A stretch of DNA of 33,531 bases from NCBI GenBank assembly GCA_029934515.1, contig JAOZMB010000022.1, forward strand, positions 1-33,531. The letters run 5' to 3'. How positions within the stretch are numbered: the stretch's first letter is position 1; every line of letters begins with the position of its first letter. The notes below the pieces were generated by a model, which saw nothing but the letters and a program-made list of their open reading frames with translations, had not been told where the DNA came from and made no database searches. The position numbers and the translations under genes are program-made. Positions 29,141 to 33,531 of the stretch are shown here, one piece after another. Origin of the DNA: Bacteroidales bacterium. GTDB taxonomy: Bacteria; Bacteroidota; Bacteroidia; Bacteroidales; JAADGE01.

Positions 29141-29863
29141 ATGCTTGACAATATTTTAGACAATAAAATTTTATTCATTGATATCGAGACCGTCCCAGAA
29201 AAAGCAAAACACTCGGAGTTGTCAGATATAATGAAAAAACTTTGGGAAAAAAAATCAGAGTATTTTAGAAAAGAACAAACAGCAGAAGAGGTATATCAAA
29301 AGGCTGGTATCTATGCAGAATTTGGTAAAATTGTTTGTATATCAACTGGATTTATAGCCTTGAAAAAAGACGGTCAAAAGATTATAAGAATAAAATCTTT
29401 TTACGGCGATAACGAAAAAAAATTACTGACAGAATTTAAACAACTTTTAGAAAGAGCATATAACTCGGCGAATAAATTCCTTTGTGCTCACAACGGAAAA
29501 GAATTTGATTTTCCTTATACAGCAAGAAGAATGCTTATCAACGGTATCAAATTACCAAAAATACTTGATTTAGCTGGAAAGAAGCCATGGGAAATTAAGC
29601 ATCTTGATACGCTTGAATTATGGAAATTCGGAGATTACAAAAATTATACATCTCTTGAAATTCTCACTACTATATTTAATATACCAACACCGAAAGATGA
29701 TATAGACGGAAGTATGGTTGCATCGGTTTATTGGGAGGAAAAAGATTTAGACAGGATTGTAACATATTGCGAAAAAGATGTTGTTGCAATAATACAATTA
29801 TATTTTAAATATAAATGTAAAAATCTAATTCCAGAAGATAACATTTTTAGAATAACAAGCTGA
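29141..29863 (+). CDS. Predicted 3'-5' exonuclease (DEDDy, PolB-exonuclease-like)
   Basis: FIDIETVP (Exo I), CAHNGKEFDFPY (Exo II), YCEKDVVAI (Exo III). Confidence 0.7.
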   Translation: MLDNILDNKILFIDIETVPEKAKHSELSDIMKKLWEKKSEYFRKEQTAEEVYQKAGIYAEFGKIVCISTGFIALKKDGQKIIRIKSFYGDNEKKLLTEFKQLLERAYNSANKFLCAHNGKEFDFPYTARRMLINGIKLPKILDLAGKKPWEIKHLDTLELWKFGDYKNYTSLEILTTIFNIPTPKDDIDGSMVASVYWEEKDLDRIVTYCEKDVVAIIQLYFKYKCKNLIPEDNIFRITS

Positions 29864-29980
29864 CAGAAATTGATAATTATAAATATTATGATACGAAGAA
29901 TAATTTTAATTCCGAGTATGATAATATTTTTTTATTCGTGCATATATGAACCAGAAAAAATATTATTTAGAGAAATATAA

Positions 29981-30391
29981 TTATCCGTTATTTGAGTTTC
30001 CCGTAAAAATTTTAGTCTGCCAACTATCAAGCATAACATCATATGAGTATGTATATAAGTCGTAGAATTTCTTTTTCGAATTGTATTTCAATGTCCATGT
30101 TGGTACAAGTTCTCCACTTATTCCTTCCATGTGAATCTTAAAAACACCATCTGAAATCTTCTCAATTCTGTCAATGACTATTTCTTCTTCCTGAATGTAT
30201 GTACCTTCGATAAAAACAGAGTGCATTGCAACAAAATTATTCTTAGTGTCAGAGAAATAGATTACCCAAGTCTCCATTTTTTTTTCATTACGATACTCGC
30301 CCTTAGTATCATTTATACCTTCAATTGACCATTGTGCTTGTGTGGATAAAACTGCAATCAGTATTACTGATAATAAAATTAATTTTTTCAT
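29981..30391 (-). CDS. Small secreted hypothetical protein
   Basis: 136 aa. Signal peptide MKKLILLSVILIAVLSTQAQ. No recognisable domain. Confidence 0.5.
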   Translation of the reverse strand: MKKLILLSVILIAVLSTQAQWSIEGINDTKGEYRNEKKMETWVIYFSDTKNNFVAMHSVFIEGTYIQEEEIVIDRIEKISDGVFKIHMEGISGELVPTWTLKYNSKKKFYDLYTYSYDVMLDSWQTKIFTGNSNNG

Positions 30392-30419
30392 TCTAAATAT
30401 TTTTTGTTATTATTTATAA

Positions 30420-30466
30420 ATCTGTGAAAATCCGTATAATCAGTGTTCCTCTGTGTTCCTATTATT
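30420..30466 (+). repeat. Copy B of the 47-bp intergenic element. Overlaps the last codons of the pepM-fusion gene and lies 28 bp upstream of the 29981-30391 gene start
   Basis: atctgtgaaaatccgtataatcagtgttcctctgtgttcctattatt. Contains internal tandem decamer cagtgttcct ctgtgttcct. Confidence 0.7.
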
Positions 30467-31763
30467 TTGTCCCTGGTATTAGTTCCAAAATTTCTTTTAC
30501 TGGCATCAATTTTTCGTTTGCTTCTTTGCTTCGTTCATGCAAAAGTATTTTTTTTGCTGTATCCAACATTGCAGGATATGAACTTCTCAGCATATGATTT
30601 GCATATATTACTACATTTATTCCAGCTTCGGCAAGTTCAGATTCGTAAATACTATTGTAACTTGTAGGTACTGCAATAAGTGTTTTTTTGTTAGGAATTT
30701 TTTTGTACATTGAACAAAATTCTAATATTTCGTCTGTTTTTTTTTCTTTGCTATGTATCATTATTCCATCTGCTCCTGCTTCGATATAAGCTTTTGCTCT
30801 TTTTATGGCATCATTGAGTCCATTTTTTAATATAAGACTTTCTATTCTTGCAATAATCATAAAGTCTTCGGTCACCTTTGAATTATGTGCCATTTTTATT
30901 TTATGACAAAAATTTTCAATACTGTCCTGTGTTTGTTTTACAGAAGTTCCGAAAAGAGAGTTCTTTTTCAAGCCAGTTTTATCTTCGATAATTATTGCAG
31001 AGATGCCGAGTCTTTCTAATGTCCTTACAGTAAATGCAAGATGCTCAGGACGACCTCCCGTATCGCCATCATAAATAATAGGTTTTGTTGTGCATTCCAG
31101 AATATCATTAAGGCTTTGCAATCTCGAAGTTACATCAACAGCTTCAATATCTGGTTTTCCTCTTAATGTTGAATCAGTCAAACTTGACGACCACATTCCA
31201 TCAAATTCATGTTTTATATCATTAATTTCAACACTTATTTTTTCACAAATTATTCCAGACAATCCACTGTGTGCTTCTAATATACGAACAATTGGTTTAG
31301 ATTCTATTAACCTTCTTAGTCTTTTTTTCCTTATCTCAGGTGTTGTTCCTATTTCGCTGATACTTTTATTTAACATACTTGACGATATTCCTTTTGTATA
31401 AGGTATTTCGATAAGTTTTCCGTTAAGTTTTTTTAGTGTATCTATTACTCTTTGTCTTGTTTCTTTTTGGGGGCCATGCTTCCAGTCATCACCGTGTATA
31501 ACAAAGTCTGGTTTGTATTTCAATAGATTTGGAACGTAATCTAATGTGCTTTGTATAACAACTTTTTTTACTCCTTTTATATTTTCAACTATAATTTTTC
31601 TTTGTTCATAAGCCATATAAGGCAAACGTTTATAGCTTGCAATAGCTTTATCTGTAAGCAATCCTATTGTCAGTTCACCTAATTTTCGAGCTTCTTTTAT
31701 TATGTTTAAGTGTCCATGATGTACAAGGTCGGCACTCATTCCTATATATACTTTTTTTTTCAT
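30462..31763 (-). CDS. pepM: Fused cytidylyltransferase (HxGH) - phosphoenolpyruvate mutase: first enzyme of phosphonate biosynthesis
   Basis: 433 aa. N-terminal ~130 aa with [18 protein letters not shown] (HxGH nucleotidyltransferase motif). C-terminal ~290 aa in the ICL/PEP-mutase superfamily with [15 protein letters not shown], which is exactly the EDK-X5-NS motif used to discriminate PepM from other superfamily members, plus [27 protein letters not shown]. Confidence 0.8.
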   Translation of the reverse strand: MKKKVYIGMSADLVHHGHLNIIKEARKLGELTIGLLTDKAIASYKRLPYMAYEQRKIIVENIKGVKKVVIQSTLDYVPNLLKYKPDFVIHGDDWKHGPQKETRQRVIDTLKKLNGKLIEIPYTKGISSSMLNKSISEIGTTPEIRKKRLRRLIESKPIVRILEAHSGLSGIICEKISVEINDIKHEFDGMWSSSLTDSTLRGKPDIEAVDVTSRLQSLNDILECTTKPIIYDGDTGGRPEHLAFTVRTLERLGISAIIIEDKTGLKKNSLFGTSVKQTQDSIENFCHKIKMAHNSKVTEDFMIIARIESLILKNGLNDAIKRAKAYIEAGADGIMIHSKEKKTDEILEFCSMYKKIPNKKTLIAVPTSYNSIYESELAEAGINVVIYANHMLRSSYPAMLDTAKKILLHERSKEANEKLMPVKEILELIPGTK

Positions 31764-32219
31764 TTGTCGATTTTCTTATCTCTTTTTTATAAATTTTTGT
31801 TGTCTATATCTGACAAAAAAGCTGTGCAAATGTAATTATATTATTTTTATAAAAAAAAATACAATTTTTGTTCTAATATACAAATGTTTATAACAACTTA
31901 AATTTTATATAAAATTCAGTACTATTATCAATAAAAATTAAAAATCTGGAACTAATTTTGCGGGTAGAATTTATTACTCTAATTATATATAATGTAAAGT
32001 TTGCAACTTTATAGTAATTAAAACGGTCTAAATAATAGTAAAGTTTACAAAAAAAGTATATTATACTGTAAATCAAAGATATAACATTTTGATATTCGAC
32101 ATATCTTAACAATAAATATCAACAGAAAAAAATGTTTAATCAAAAAAATTACTTCCTAATCACAAAAAATTGTAAATTGTTTTTTTTACAATAATTTTAA
32201 TATTAAAAATAATATAATT

Positions 32220-33531
32220 ATGAAAACAAAACTATCAAATCTAAGAAAAACCTTAAAGAAGAAAAAAAACTTTTCCTTGTTTTTCTTCTCTTTATTCATT
32301 ATTACACTTACTCCAAATCAAATTTACGCGCAATTGAGTTATGACAGAGAATATGTAAGTGTATCAAATTTGTCGAATAATAATTTTATTGTTCCAGAAA
32401 AAAAGATAAAACCATTAGTTAAACCAATTTTTACAATGCAACCTATAAATGTGGACGTTTGTGAAGGAGGTTCTTCATCTTTTTCTGTAAATACAAGTTC
32501 GGCAAGCGAAGTTTCATATCAATGGCAACGGTTCGAGAATTTAGAGGCTTGGAACAATATTAATGATAATGAAATATACAGCGGAACGACAAGCAAAAAA
32601 TTGACTTTAACTGATATTCCTATTTCTTTCGATGAATACGAATATCGATGTACCGCGACAAACGAAAGCGGAAGCAACCAAAGTAATAAAGCAACATTAT
32701 ATGTAAATGCTACACCAATAGTAATTACAGAAGACGACAAAGTCACAGATGATTGTTCCGAAAGTATCTCAGGAACAGCTGAAAACGCAGAATGGACAGA
32801 ATGGTCTCTTGTGTCTGGATATGGTGATATTATAAATATATACGAACTGACAACCGATGTAGAAAACTTAAATCAAGGAATTAATGTTTTTCGTTTAACT
32901 GGATATACGGAAAGTAATTGTTTGGGATACGATGATATTCAAATAGAAGCAACAACTATATTTGCAACAGCAGAAGATATTAATGTTTGTACAGAAAATG
33001 CAATATTAACAGGAAATATACCAGAACCTGGAAGAATAGGATTATGGACTATTACAAACGGAGACTCAGATATTATCATCAATGAACCTGAAAGTTATAA
33101 CTCAACAGTTATGAATATAATGAGCTACCAAACAAATATTCTTCGATGGACGGTTACATCTGAAGTATGTGCTGGTTATGTTGAAATTGAAGTAAACAAT
33201 AATTTTGTTTCTACTTATGCTGGTGAAGATTATAATGTTTGTTCTGATATGTTTTCTATTGCGGCAGAGACTCCAGCACGAGGAACAGGAATATGGACGG
33301 TACTTGTTGGAGGAGGAATTATTGAAAATACATCAACAAATTATACAAATGTTTATAATATGGACAAAGGTGATAATATATATCTTTGGACTTTGACTTA
33401 TAAAAACTGCAGTGCATCTGATGATGTAAAAATAAGAAATCAAATACCAACTGAAGCAAATATACAATTACCATTACCTGAAAATAGAGAAGTTTGCAAA
33501 GACTCTGTTTCGCTAACAGCAAACAATCCAG
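32220..33531 (+). CDS. Very large surface adhesin-like protein, 5' part only (continues beyond the window). Signal peptide, Ig(I-set)-like module, then ~85-aa tandem beta-sandwich repeats
   Basis: Open frame from ATG 32220 to window end with no stop (unterminated, so absent from the track). Signal MKTKLSNLRKTLKKKKNFSLFFFSLFIITLTPNQIYAQ. Ig-like YEYRCTATNESGSNQSNKATLYV. Repeats of the type NVC(T/S)..A.L.....P..G.G.WTV..G.G.I.N.....T.V.N........LRWTVT...C...D.V.I. Confidence 0.7.
   Translation, partial: MKTKLSNLRKTLKKKKNFSLFFFSLFIITLTPNQIYAQLSYDREYVSVSNLSNNNFIVPEKKIKPLVKPIFTMQPINVDVCEGGSSSFSVNTSSASEVSYQWQRFENLEAWNNINDNEIYSGTTSKKLTLTDIPISFDEYEYRCTATNESGSNQSNKATLYVNATPIVITEDDKVTDDCSESISGTAENAEWTEWSLVSGYGDIINIYELTTDVENLNQGINVFRLTGYTESNCLGYDDIQIEATTIFATAEDINVCTENAILTGNIPEPGRIGLWTITNGDSDIIINEPESYNSTVMNIMSYQTNILRWTVTSEVCAGYVEIEVNNNFVSTYAGEDYNVCSDMFSIAAETPARGTGIWTVLVGGGIIENTSTNYTNVYNMDKGDNIYLWTLTYKNCSASDDVKIRNQIPTEANIQLPLPENREVCKDSVSLTANNP

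Noticed and set aside
14453-30466. Idea that the two inverted 47-bp copies are terminal inverted repeats of a 16-kb transposon or genomic island
   Set aside because: The interval contains core housekeeping genes (tcdA, udk, nitroreductase, flotillin-adjacent genes) and no transposase adjacent to either end. Dispersed intergenic repeat or inversion substrate is more plausible than a composite transposon.
31888-32112. 74-aa minus-strand ORF in the pepM / adhesin intergenic region
   Set aside because: AT-rich intergenic DNA, Phe/Tyr/Ile/Leu-dominated translation, no signal or domain. More likely promoter region of the adhesin gene.
1-33531. Search for tRNA, rRNA, tmRNA or riboswitch-like GC-rich structured segments
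   Set aside because: No GC-rich cloverleaf-sized islands. The only notable GC hairpin (11105-11126) is a terminator.

Overview
AT-rich, Bacteroidota-type chromosomal segment. The evidence is repeated T9SS (Por_Secre_tail) C-terminal sorting domains, TonB-dependent receptors with carboxypeptidase-regulatory-like N-termini, SPII lipobox signals, and TTTG/TAnnTTTG-style promoter context. The window opens inside a TonB-dependent receptor gene (minus strand, C-terminus off-window) and closes inside a very large repeat-containing surface adhesin gene (plus strand, 3' end off-window). In between it mixes housekeeping genes (obg, tcdA, udk, a GT9 heptosyltransferase-like gene, a class-V PLP enzyme, a nitroreductase, flotillin) with a surface/secretome-heavy accessory component: four T9SS cargo proteins (one with an embedded CGPC thioredoxin-like domain), two choice-of-anchor-J-like lipoproteins or cargo proteins, a GHL10 (DUF187) hydrolase, a second TonB-dependent receptor and a TolC-like outer-membrane protein. 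There are two decayed IS remnants: an ISAs1-family C-terminal fragment and an IS630-family HTH-only N-terminus. The strongest lead is a stand-alone fused cytidylyltransferase-phosphoenolpyruvate mutase gene carrying the diagnostic EDK-X5-NS motif, with no phosphonopyruvate decarboxylase or transaminase inside the window. Other leads are a 2-kb ORF-free, highly structured AT-rich tract that carries four copies of a TTTACA-N2-TGTAAA palindrome arranged as two operator-like pairs, the first abutting an XRE-family regulator gene; a near-identical 47-bp element present twice in inverted orientation 16 kb apart; and a 27-bp motif shared by two promoter regions. No rRNA, tRNA or CRISPR array is evident.
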